In this document: one piece after another, positions 30,267-38,424 of the stretch
Layout of the letters: every line of letters starts with the position of its first letter
Position numbering within the stretch: position 1 is the first letter of the stretch
Assembly (NCBI GenBank): GCA_035295745.1
Contig: DATGIL010000007.1
Location: forward strand, 50,062 to 114,061
DNA from: Bryobacteraceae bacterium
GTDB taxonomy: Bacteria > Acidobacteriota > Terriglobia > Bryobacterales > Bryobacteraceae
Direction of reading: 5' to 3'
DNA: 64,000 nt
Program-made: the position numbers and the translations under genes
Notes under the pieces: generated by a model
Databases searched by the model: none
Told to the model about the DNA's origin: nothing
The model's input: only the letters and a program-made list of their open reading frames with translations

Positions 30267-31432
30267 AAGACATCAACCCGCGCTCTGCCGAGTTTCCCGA
30301 ATACCGCCAGGCGATACGCGAACTGTGCCGCCAGTTCGATAGCCAGTACTGGTGGAAAGTGGAAGAGGAGTCGGCATATCCCGAAGAGTTCGTGAAGGCC
30401 CTGACCGATGCTGGATGGCTGGCAGCGCTCATTCCTGCCGAGTATGGTGGCGGAGCGCTGAGCGTCACCGAAGCTTCGGTGATCCTGGAGGAGATCAATC
30501 GATCGGGGGCGAATTCCGGCGCCTGTCACGCCCAGATGTACATCATGGGGACGCTGCTTCGCCACGGGTCGGAGGAACAAAAGCGCGCCTATCTGCCCAA
30601 GATCGCGTCTGGCGCCTTGCGTCTGCAATCGTTCGCCGTCACCGAGCCGACTACCGGCACCGACACAACCAAGATCAAGACCTTTGCGGAGCGGCAAGGC
30701 GACCGCTATATAGTCAACGGCCAGAAGGTTTGGATATCGCGGGTGCAGCACTCCGATCTCATGTTGCTGCTGGCGCGCACCACGCCGCTGCCGGAAGTGA
30801 AGAGAAAAGGCGACGGGCTTTCGGTCTTCCTGGTAGACCTGCGCGACGCTCTCGGCAAAGGCATGACGCTGAGGCCGATCCGCAACATGGTGAATCACGA
30901 AACCAACGAGGTTTTCTTCGATAATCTCGAGGTCCCCGCCGCCAATCTGATCGGTGAGGAGGGTAAGGGCTTCCGCTACATCCTCGACGGGATGAATGCC
31001 GAGCGCATTCTAATCGCGGCCGAGTGCATCGGGGATGGCTACTGGTTCCTCGACAAGGCGCGCCACTACGCCAAGGAGCGGATCGTCTTCGACCGGCCGA
31101 TCGGGCAGAATCAAGGCGTGCAGTTTCCGCTCGCCCGGGCCTACGCCAATCTGCGCGCCGCCGACCTGATGCGCTACGAGGCGGCACGCCTCTTCGACGC
31201 CGGCCAGTCCTGCGGCGCAGAGGCGAATATTGCCAAATTGCTGGCCGCTGACTCCTCCTGGGAATGCGCCAATGTCTGCCTGCAGACGCACGGAGGTTTC
31301 GGGTTCGCCGTGGAATATGATGTGGAGCGAAAATTTCGCGAAACTCGCTTGTACCAGGTGGCCCCCGTTTCCACGAATTTGATTCTCTCGTTTCTGGGCG
31401 AACACGTGCTCGATCTGCCGCGTTCGTTCTGA
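30263..31432 (+). CDS. Acyl-CoA dehydrogenase
   Basis: MKDINPRSAEF... start. FAVTEPTTGTD, YIVNGQKVWIS and QTHGGFGF are ACAD-family motifs. 4-bp overlap with the upstream gene. Confidence 0.85.
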   Translation: MKDINPRSAEFPEYRQAIRELCRQFDSQYWWKVEEESAYPEEFVKALTDAGWLAALIPAEYGGGALSVTEASVILEEINRSGANSGACHAQMYIMGTLLRHGSEEQKRAYLPKIASGALRLQSFAVTEPTTGTDTTKIKTFAERQGDRYIVNGQKVWISRVQHSDLMLLLARTTPLPEVKRKGDGLSVFLVDLRDALGKGMTLRPIRNMVNHETNEVFFDNLEVPAANLIGEEGKGFRYILDGMNAERILIAAECIGDGYWFLDKARHYAKERIVFDRPIGQNQGVQFPLARAYANLRAADLMRYEAARLFDAGQSCGAEANIAKLLAADSSWECANVCLQTHGGFGFAVEYDVERKFRETRLYQVAPVSTNLILSFLGEHVLDLPRSF

Positions 31433-31541
31433 CTCAGATATCGTGCCGGTACAATCACTTACGAGGACGCATCGAATCCGGCTTCAGGAGCATCTGTTAC
31501 AATTAGGCAGAGAGGGAAAGTCCTCAGCATTTTCAAACGTT

Positions 31542-31895
31542 ATGCCGCTTTACGAGTACAAGTGCCACCGATGCAATAAGATTTTCGAGGTGAGACAGAA
31601 GTTCTCCGACGAACCCCTGACGGTGCACGAGGAATGCGGCGGAGAAACGGAACGCCTGATTTCCGTGCCGTCGTTCCAATTCAAGGGTACCGGCTGGTAT
31701 GTGACCGATTACGGGCGCGGCGGTAGCAAGCCGTCCGGCAGCAACGGGTCCAACGGCAAGTCGGAATCCAAGTCCGAGTCCACGTCTGGCGATTCGTCCA
31801 AGTCGGATTCCGGAAAGAGTGAGCCGGCGAAGTCCGACAGTTCCTCGACGAAGAGCGAATCCTCGACGAAGGTCGAATCCAAGCCGTCGTCTTAG
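31542..31895 (+). CDS. FmdB-family zinc-ribbon protein with Ser/Lys-rich low-complexity tail
   Basis: MPLYEYKCHRCNKIFEV...HEECGGETERLIS is the FmdB/CxxC-x17-CxxC ribbon. C-terminal 60 aa is SNGSNGKSESKSESTSGDSSKSDSGK... Confidence 0.7.
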   Translation: MPLYEYKCHRCNKIFEVRQKFSDEPLTVHEECGGETERLISVPSFQFKGTGWYVTDYGRGGSKPSGSNGSNGKSESKSESTSGDSSKSDSGKSEPAKSDSSSTKSESSTKVESKPSS

Positions 31896-31905
31896 CTTCC
31901 GAATC

Positions 31906-32233
31906 TCGCTTGCTTACGCGCGCGCCTCGCAAGCGCACCATCGTTGCAAATCGAACATCGCTTACGCGCGCGGCAATAGTCATCGCTTGCTTACGCGCGC
32001 GGCTCGCAAGCGCACCATCGTCGCGAATACAACATCGCTCGCTTACGCGCGTGCCTCGAAGCTCCATCGTCGCGAATACAACATCGCTTGCTTACCCGCG
32101 CACCTCGCAAGCGCACCATCGTTGCAAATCGAACATCGCTGACGCGCGCGGCAATAGTCATCGCTTGCTCACGCGCGCGCCTCGCAAGCGCACGCATTTG
32201 GGTAGCTACGAGCCGCGACCGTGAGGGAGCGTC
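31906..32233. repeat. Composite tandem repeat array related to the 13.6-14.6 kb array (about 52-bp A units and 25-bp B units, plus a terminal core module)
   Basis: Units TCGCTTGCTTACGCGCGCGCCTCGCAAGCGCACCATCGTTGCAAATCGAACA and CGCTTACGCGCGCGGCAATAGTCA alternate. Ends with GCATTTGGGTAGCTACGAGCCGCGACCGTGAGGGAGCGTC, the same core as the 107-bp unit. Ends 24 bp before the stop of the permease gene at 32258. Confidence 0.85.
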
Positions 32234-32257
32234 GCTGTTCCCTTCTATAAGCGCTTC

Positions 32258-34723
32258 TCACTCATTCCGCAGGGCCTCCGCGGGCGCGATGCGCGTGGCG
32301 CGGCGTACGGGCACGAAACTGGCGATGACAATCACGAGCGTCAGAACCATCAGGACGCCGCCAAACGTGATCGGATCGAATGCGCCGGAACCGTACGTGA
32401 GGTCGGGCATGTCCGGCGTGATCACCATCTTTCGCAACACGCCCGAGATGCTCAACGATCCCGCGAGGCCCACAAGTGCCCCGATCGCCACGGGCCGCAA
32501 AGTCTGTCCCGTGACCATGCGGATGACGTCGCCGCTCTGTGCCCCTAACGAGACTCGGATCGCGATCTCGCGCGTTCGCTGCACCACGAGTTGCGAAACT
32601 ACGCCGAAGATCCCGAGCGACGCAAGCAGCAGGGCCAGCACTCCGAGCATTAATGCCGTGACCGCTGGAGCTTCCGCCATCATTCTTTGAATCTCGATGG
32701 GAGCCTTGTCCATTGCCACCACAAACGTTTGCGCGGGCAGATTCGGATTGATGGCCCCGAGTCCACTGAGGATGGCGCGACCTGCCCCTTCCGGAGCCGC
32801 GTAAGTACGCACCAGTAATGATCCGAAACTTCTTCCTAGCGGCCGTGGGAAATACAAATAGGCCTGATCCGGCTTCGAAAGAAAGGTGCTGCGTACGCCC
32901 TTTACGACGCCGATAACGGTGAAGGAGCCCGCGTTCGGTATGTCGCGCTTCATCCACTCGAGCCCGGAGACGCGCCGCCCGATGGGGTCTTGCCCGGGCC
33001 ATGCCTGCCGGGCGGCGACATCATTGATGACGACCACCGGCCCATTATTCTCGATCTCCTGCCGTGTGAAAACTCGCCCTGCCACCACCGGTATACCCAA
33101 TGCATCGAAGTAATTCTCGGAGACCAGATTGAACAGGCAGGCGAAATCGGCCCCGTGCTCATTGTTAAAACCACCGGTCCCGTGACCCAGGAATGGCGGC
33201 CGATCCGTCCAAGCTACTGAGGCCACTCCCGGGACAGCCGCGATGCGTTCAGTCGCCAGGCGCAGCAACTCGACCTGGCTCGCCGTGTTCGGTGCCACTG
33301 CCTGTGCGTTGATACCGACAATCATCGCGTGACGCAAGTCGAAACCAGGATCGACCACGCTCGACCGCCATACTCCTCGGAACAACAGCCCCGCCCCCGC
33401 GAGCAGCACGAGGCACGCCGCCACTTGTGCGCCAATCAGAATCGCGCGCGTGTGACGGCGGCCCGCGGGACCTGCTGCCGATTGCTTCAAAGCGAAACTC
33501 ACATCGGAGAGGCTGGCTTTGACAGCCGGCCAGAGTCCGACGGCTACTCCGGTGAACAGCGAGATCGCCGCCGTGAACACAAACACGTGCCAATCGGGCG
33601 AAACATCGAAGAATACGCCGCGGAGGCCGCCGGTAAGCCGATCCACCATCCCGGAGACCTCCGCACGAATCCATTCTGACGCCCACAGAGAAAACAGCAA
33701 TCCTCCGATGCCACCGGCGATTCCCAGAACCACGCTCTCGATGCAGAGTTGCCGGACCAGGCGGAGACGTCCCGCCCCCAATGCGCGGCGTACCGCGAAT
33801 TCGCGTTCGCGGGCGGCGTGGCGGGCAAAGAGGAGATTCACCAGATTGATGGAACCGATCAGCAAGATGAGCCCTACAGCGACCATCAGAATCGCGCATA
33901 CCCAGCCCAGTACCTCAAACTCGCCTGAGTCGATCTGGAAGAAGGTGGCGGCTCGGGCGGAAAGGTGGGCGGGTTTGCCGTCCACCAGGGGCCATGCGCG
34001 CGCGATCACTTCCATCTCGGCGGAAGCCTGAGCCACCGTAACCGAAGGCAGACGCCGAGCCAGTAACTGCCACTGGTGCGCGGAGTCGTCGTGCACCCAA
34101 TCGACACCCGGCAAGACGGCCGCCTGGGCGACCGCGGGAATCCACAAATCGGGCATCTGCGGAGGGGCGCCGGTGCCGGCGAAACGATCCGGAGCAACGC
34201 CCACGATGCGAAGTGAGGCGCTCCGCACCTGAATAGTCTTGGTGAGGATTTCGGGGTCGGCTGCGAACTTCGAGGTCCAGAAATCGTGGCTGATCACGGC
34301 CACTTCACTGTCATCGGGCAGGAATCCGCGGCCCAATGAAGGACGGACACCGAGGGCACTGAAGTAGTTAATGGAGACCAGCCGCGCGCGTAGAATACTA
34401 GCGTCGCCGACGGCTGCTTGCGGCAACCGGCCCGCCAGTAACTGCGGGTCCGACGTTGCGATGACATCCGAGAAAGAGCGGCTTTGCTGGCGGATCTGGT
34501 CGAATTGCGGATACGAGAACAGTTCCAGAGGCAGCCCGTTTTGGCTACCCGAAATCCGCACTAACTGTTCGGGGGCGCTCGCCGCGATGGGTTTCAATGC
34601 CAGCGCGCTGTAGATCGTAAAGACGATGGTGTTGATGCCGATGCCCAACGCCAAGGTCAAGACCGCGATGGTGGTGAAGCCCGGCGAGCGCAACAGAATC
34701 CGGAACGCGTAGCGGAGATCCAT
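32258..34723 (-). CDS. ABC transporter permease, MacB/FtsX family (ADOP-type)
   Basis: 821 aa. MDLRYAFRILLRSPGFTTIAVLTLALGIGINTIVFTIY N-terminus. Duplicated FtsX domains. Confidence 0.85.
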   Translation of the reverse strand: MDLRYAFRILLRSPGFTTIAVLTLALGIGINTIVFTIYSALALKPIAASAPEQLVRISGSQNGLPLELFSYPQFDQIRQQSRSFSDVIATSDPQLLAGRLPQAAVGDASILRARLVSINYFSALGVRPSLGRGFLPDDSEVAVISHDFWTSKFAADPEILTKTIQVRSASLRIVGVAPDRFAGTGAPPQMPDLWIPAVAQAAVLPGVDWVHDDSAHQWQLLARRLPSVTVAQASAEMEVIARAWPLVDGKPAHLSARAATFFQIDSGEFEVLGWVCAILMVAVGLILLIGSINLVNLLFARHAAREREFAVRRALGAGRLRLVRQLCIESVVLGIAGGIGGLLFSLWASEWIRAEVSGMVDRLTGGLRGVFFDVSPDWHVFVFTAAISLFTGVAVGLWPAVKASLSDVSFALKQSAAGPAGRRHTRAILIGAQVAACLVLLAGAGLLFRGVWRSSVVDPGFDLRHAMIVGINAQAVAPNTASQVELLRLATERIAAVPGVASVAWTDRPPFLGHGTGGFNNEHGADFACLFNLVSENYFDALGIPVVAGRVFTRQEIENNGPVVVINDVAARQAWPGQDPIGRRVSGLEWMKRDIPNAGSFTVIGVVKGVRSTFLSKPDQAYLYFPRPLGRSFGSLLVRTYAAPEGAGRAILSGLGAINPNLPAQTFVVAMDKAPIEIQRMMAEAPAVTALMLGVLALLLASLGIFGVVSQLVVQRTREIAIRVSLGAQSGDVIRMVTGQTLRPVAIGALVGLAGSLSISGVLRKMVITPDMPDLTYGSGAFDPITFGGVLMVLTLVIVIASFVPVRRATRIAPAEALRNE

Positions 34724-34836
34724 GGGGTCCCGTCATTGCATTTGAGGGACCTCTTCTCCATCGCCAATCCGAGCAGGAAAGCATGCTCTGCGTGTCCGGG
34801 TTTGGGACGGGGCGTTGCGTTCGCGAACACGAACCA

Positions 34837-35271
34837 CTAAGCCGTCGCCACGGCTCGTGGCTTCGGAGCCTCTTTGCGCAGGCCGTCGGCCCAGCGCTGC
34901 AGCATTGCGTCGCTGCGCACTGGGGCAGCCATCTGGAACGTCCGAGCCTGGGTTCGGAACTCATACTTATCGATACTGCAGGCCGCTCGCTTCCCCACGC
35001 TGCGCAGCACTCGCCCAAACGCGATGAACCGCATCGGGCAACTGTCGTCCAGCAGCACCGGCCAACTGATCGAAAGCTCGATGAAAGTCCCGGGCTTCAC
35101 CTCGCGATCGATGGTGATGGCGACTCCCCCGCTCCCGATATTGACGCTCTGTCCGGCACCTTGTCCGACCAGGACGCCGTCATCGAGAAGCTTGTATCGC
35201 AACTCGCGATGAATCGGGAAGCGAAATTTCTTTCTCCGGTCTAATCTCTTTTCCATCTTTTCTGCGGGCAT
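34837..35271 (-). CDS. PilZ-domain protein (putative c-di-GMP receptor)
   Basis: 144 aa. RRKKFRFPI ... GQSVNIGSGGVAI fits the PilZ RxxxR ... (D/N)xSxxG signature. Confidence 0.55.
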   Translation of the reverse strand: MPAEKMEKRLDRRKKFRFPIHRELRYKLLDDGVLVGQGAGQSVNIGSGGVAITIDREVKPGTFIELSISWPVLLDDSCPMRFIAFGRVLRSVGKRAACSIDKYEFRTQARTFQMAAPVRSDAMLQRWADGLRKEAPKPRAVATA

Positions 35272-35501
35272 CTCGTCAGAACCTCACTCGGCAATGAGTA
35301 AAGCACCCTACTAACCAAAGAATAATCCACTTAAAATCAACAAGTTAAATGGGGATAATCCGATCGATGTCCACTTCGTTGACAGATTCGGGGCCGACCC
35401 GGTGTCTAATCGGTGGACAGGTGTCAGGGAGGTGTACCAGGACTACAAAATTCGCCAGGACTTGACAGAACCACTAGAATTACACGAGGAGAAAACCCGG
35501 T
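35272..35501. promoter_or_regulatory. AT-rich divergent intergenic region between the PilZ gene and the flotillin gene
   Basis: 230 bp noticeably AT-rich (AAAGAATAATCCACTTAAAATCAACAAGTTAAATGGGGATAATCC) between divergently transcribed genes. Confidence 0.3.
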
Positions 35502-37469
35502 ATGTTGCCTCTGCTCACTGCTCTGACCCCATTGGCTGCCTTCGTGATGCTCATCCTGATCTTGATGTCGATCTACAGCATCGGACCGACTCAGGTCGGG
35601 CTGGTGCGGAAACGATTCGGGGCGAAGCTGCCGGGCGACGATCCGGTGGCGTTCCGCGGTGAGGCCGGTTACCAGGCGCAGATGCTCATGCCCGGATTGC
35701 GCTTCAAATTCTGCCTGGTTTATGCCGTCTCCAAGCATCCCTGGGTGCAGGTACCTGCCGGACAGATCGGTGTCGTCATCGCGCAGGTCGGCAAGTCATG
35801 CCCGATGGGTGCGAAGTCCGCGATCTACAGACCGGAATTCGGAAATTTCAGCGATCTACGCATCTTCATCGAGCAAGGCGGACAGAAGGGAGTGCAGCGT
35901 CCGGTCCTCCCTCCCGGAACGCTGGCGCCGCTTCACCCCATGGCGTTCCTCGTGATCACCAAGCCGGAGGTCTTCGGCGTGCCGGTCGCATCCGACCTCA
36001 GCACGCTGGCGCGATCCAAGGGCCGCCTGACTTACCACGCGTTCGGCCTGGAAGAGAAGCAACTCGAAGTCACGCGGATTTCCCCTCGGCCGTCCGAGGC
36101 TGGGCGAGTGGTGGACATGATCGGCATCATCACTACGTTGGAAGGCCAGCCTCTTCCGGCGGGAGACATAGCCAGCCGCCTGGGTGGATTTACCGACATC
36201 ACGGAAATGGAAGAGGGTGATGGCGGCGCCGGGATCACCGACGCACGGCTGATCGAAACGATTCTGGGCAATCAAAATGACCAGCACAGCGCCTATCAGG
36301 ACTTCCAGAAGTTCCTCGATCTGGGCGGCCGAATCGGTCTGCAGCACGATCCACTGCTCTACGGTGCCTACAATCTGAATCCCTTCCTGCTGCGCGTGGA
36401 AGAAGTTCCCATGCTGGTAGTGGAGCAGGGACAGGTCGCGGTAATGAAGGCCTACTCCGGCCTTCCGACCCAGGACACTTCGGGTGTGGATTTCAAATTC
36501 GGAAGCCTGGTGCGGCCCGGCCATCGAGGCATTTGGCAGGAGCCGCTGCGGACCGGCAAGTACCCGATCAATCCGCGTTGCTACCAGGCGGTAATCGTGC
36601 CCACCTTCATCATCACCCTCAACTGGGCGGACGTGGTCTCCCAGGCGCACAACCTGGATGCGCAACTGAAGCAGATCGAAGCCAAGAGCAGTGAAGGCTT
36701 CGCGTTCGCCATCGACTTGCAAGTGCAGATCCACATCCCCGATACCCAGGCGCCTTACGTGATCTCGATGGTGGGGAGTGTGCCCAACCTGGTGAATGAA
36801 GTGTTACAGGCAGCCGTTGGCAATCATTTCCGGAACAAGCTGCAGGGCATGCCCGCAGTGCGATTTATCGCCAGCCGCGAGAGCGTGCAGCAGGGCGCGT
36901 TCGAGTATGTGAAAGAGGAATTGTCCAAGTATCGCGTAGAGACGCGCGGGGTCTACATTCAGGCCGTGGTGTTGCCGGCGCAGTTGGTGGAGGTGCTGAC
37001 CCAAAGAGAAATTGCCAACCAGGAAGTGGAGACCTATAAGATGCAGAAGTCCGCTCAGGATCAGCGCACCGAAACCGAGAAGGCCAAGGGCACGGCGGAC
37101 ATGCAGGCGGAGTTGGCGAAGGCGCAGGTCGGCGTCGATATCCAGAACAATCGCACCGCGGCCAGGAAGATGGAGGCATTGGGCGAGGCTGCCTACATCG
37201 AGCAGACCGGTGCGGCGCAAGGTGCCCAGGTGCGGTCGGTAGGACTCGCAAGGGCGGAAGCGTATGCGCAGCAGGTGGCGGCGTTGGGCGCGAACGCCAC
37301 GGCGCTGGTGAATGCCATCGAGGCGCTTTCGAAGAGCACCGTGCCGTTCACTCCCAACACGCTGGTGATGGGCGGAGGCGAAGGAAGCGGCGCTCTTACC
37401 GGGCTCCTGGCGCTGTTGATGCGGCAGACGGAAACGGGCTTGGCGAAGAAGACGGCCGCGGGACAGTAA
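35502..37469 (+). CDS. Flotillin-family (SPFH/band-7) membrane scaffold protein
   Basis: 655 aa. N-terminal TM helix, SPFH core, and a long C-terminal Ala/Glu/Gln-rich coiled-coil region (AQDQRTETEKAKGTADMQAELAKAQVGV...EAYAQQVAALGA) typical of flotillins (FloT/YqiK). Confidence 0.8.
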   Translation: MLPLLTALTPLAAFVMLILILMSIYSIGPTQVGLVRKRFGAKLPGDDPVAFRGEAGYQAQMLMPGLRFKFCLVYAVSKHPWVQVPAGQIGVVIAQVGKSCPMGAKSAIYRPEFGNFSDLRIFIEQGGQKGVQRPVLPPGTLAPLHPMAFLVITKPEVFGVPVASDLSTLARSKGRLTYHAFGLEEKQLEVTRISPRPSEAGRVVDMIGIITTLEGQPLPAGDIASRLGGFTDITEMEEGDGGAGITDARLIETILGNQNDQHSAYQDFQKFLDLGGRIGLQHDPLLYGAYNLNPFLLRVEEVPMLVVEQGQVAVMKAYSGLPTQDTSGVDFKFGSLVRPGHRGIWQEPLRTGKYPINPRCYQAVIVPTFIITLNWADVVSQAHNLDAQLKQIEAKSSEGFAFAIDLQVQIHIPDTQAPYVISMVGSVPNLVNEVLQAAVGNHFRNKLQGMPAVRFIASRESVQQGAFEYVKEELSKYRVETRGVYIQAVVLPAQLVEVLTQREIANQEVETYKMQKSAQDQRTETEKAKGTADMQAELAKAQVGVDIQNNRTAARKMEALGEAAYIEQTGAAQGAQVRSVGLARAEAYAQQVAALGANATALVNAIEALSKSTVPFTPNTLVMGGGEGSGALTGLLALLMRQTETGLAKKTAAGQ

Positions 37470-37482
37470 GATCGTATAAGCG

Positions 37483-38262
37483 ATGATCTATACCTGCTAC
37501 GAGATGTCCCGGGATTGCCGTGCCGACCGGCCCGAGGGTTGGGCCTACTTTATCTCCAATTATGTTCCAGCCATCCGCAAACTTGTCGCGCACTATGCGG
37601 CCGGCGACGAGAAGGTGCTGGAGAGCGTCCTGCGGGCACTCCGTAAGCCTGGATCGAGCCTGTTTCAAACGTTGGAGGAGGTGCCCGAACGATGGTTCCT
37701 GGCGGAACTGCGCCAGAAGGTGATGGTGGAACTGGTGACGCAAACCCCCGAAATCGGGATCGATCTGGAAACTGTGGCGAGCGCATTGGAGCCCTTGACT
37801 ATGGTCGAAAAGCAGGCAGCGTGGATGGAGACCATGCGCTACCAGCCCGCACAGATCGGCCCGATGCTGCGGATGGCGCCGGCGACCGTGGAGAAGATTC
37901 GCGAGCGTGCGGCCGACCTTGTGCGCGGCAAGGTCGATCAGTGGAATCGTAATCTGTTGGCGGACAACGGCGCAGAGTTAGGACGATCCGCCGCGGCGGC
38001 CGGCACGAACGATTGCCTCACGCCGAAGACCTTCCTCGACATCCTGGATGGCCGGATGACGTGGCGCGGGCGCGAGCAACTGGAACACCACGTGAACGCC
38101 TGCTGGCACTGCATCGATCACTTCTCCCGGATGGCCGAGGTGGTGGAACTGTTGCGCGGTCTGCAGCCGCTGACCGAGCAAGAAGCCCGACCTTATCGCG
38201 CTTTATTGGGAGTCCAGGCCCCAAAGCGCCCCGTGTGGAAACGCTTCATGGGTGGATCGTGA
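37483..38262 (+). CDS. ECF-sigma-factor-like protein with a C-terminal zf-HC2 (ZAS anti-sigma-type) motif
   Basis: Residues about 100-150 (MVEKQAAWMETMRYQPAQIGPMLRMAPATVEKIRERAADLVR) closely resemble sigma-70 region 4. The N-terminal AYFISNYVPAIRKLVAHYAAGDEKVLESVLRAL fits the region 2 pattern. C-terminus CLTPKTFLDILDGRMTWRGREQLEHHVNACWHCIDHF fits the anti-sigma zf-HC2 pattern (...LDG.L......LE.H...C..C). 14 bp downstream of the flotillin gene. Confidence 0.45.
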   Translation: MIYTCYEMSRDCRADRPEGWAYFISNYVPAIRKLVAHYAAGDEKVLESVLRALRKPGSSLFQTLEEVPERWFLAELRQKVMVELVTQTPEIGIDLETVASALEPLTMVEKQAAWMETMRYQPAQIGPMLRMAPATVEKIRERAADLVRGKVDQWNRNLLADNGAELGRSAAAAGTNDCLTPKTFLDILDGRMTWRGREQLEHHVNACWHCIDHFSRMAEVVELLRGLQPLTEQEARPYRALLGVQAPKRPVWKRFMGGS

Positions 38263-38424
38263 CTCAGTAGCCCTTCCGAGGCATCCTCAGACATTCCGGA
38301 ACCTCGGTAAGATTGCGTACGTCACTGACTCATCGAACCATTTGGGAAGCTGTCACCTTCGGTAGCATGGCGGGCACGCCAACTCGCGGCGACCGTCCTG
38401 AGTAACCCCATTTTCCGGCTGATT

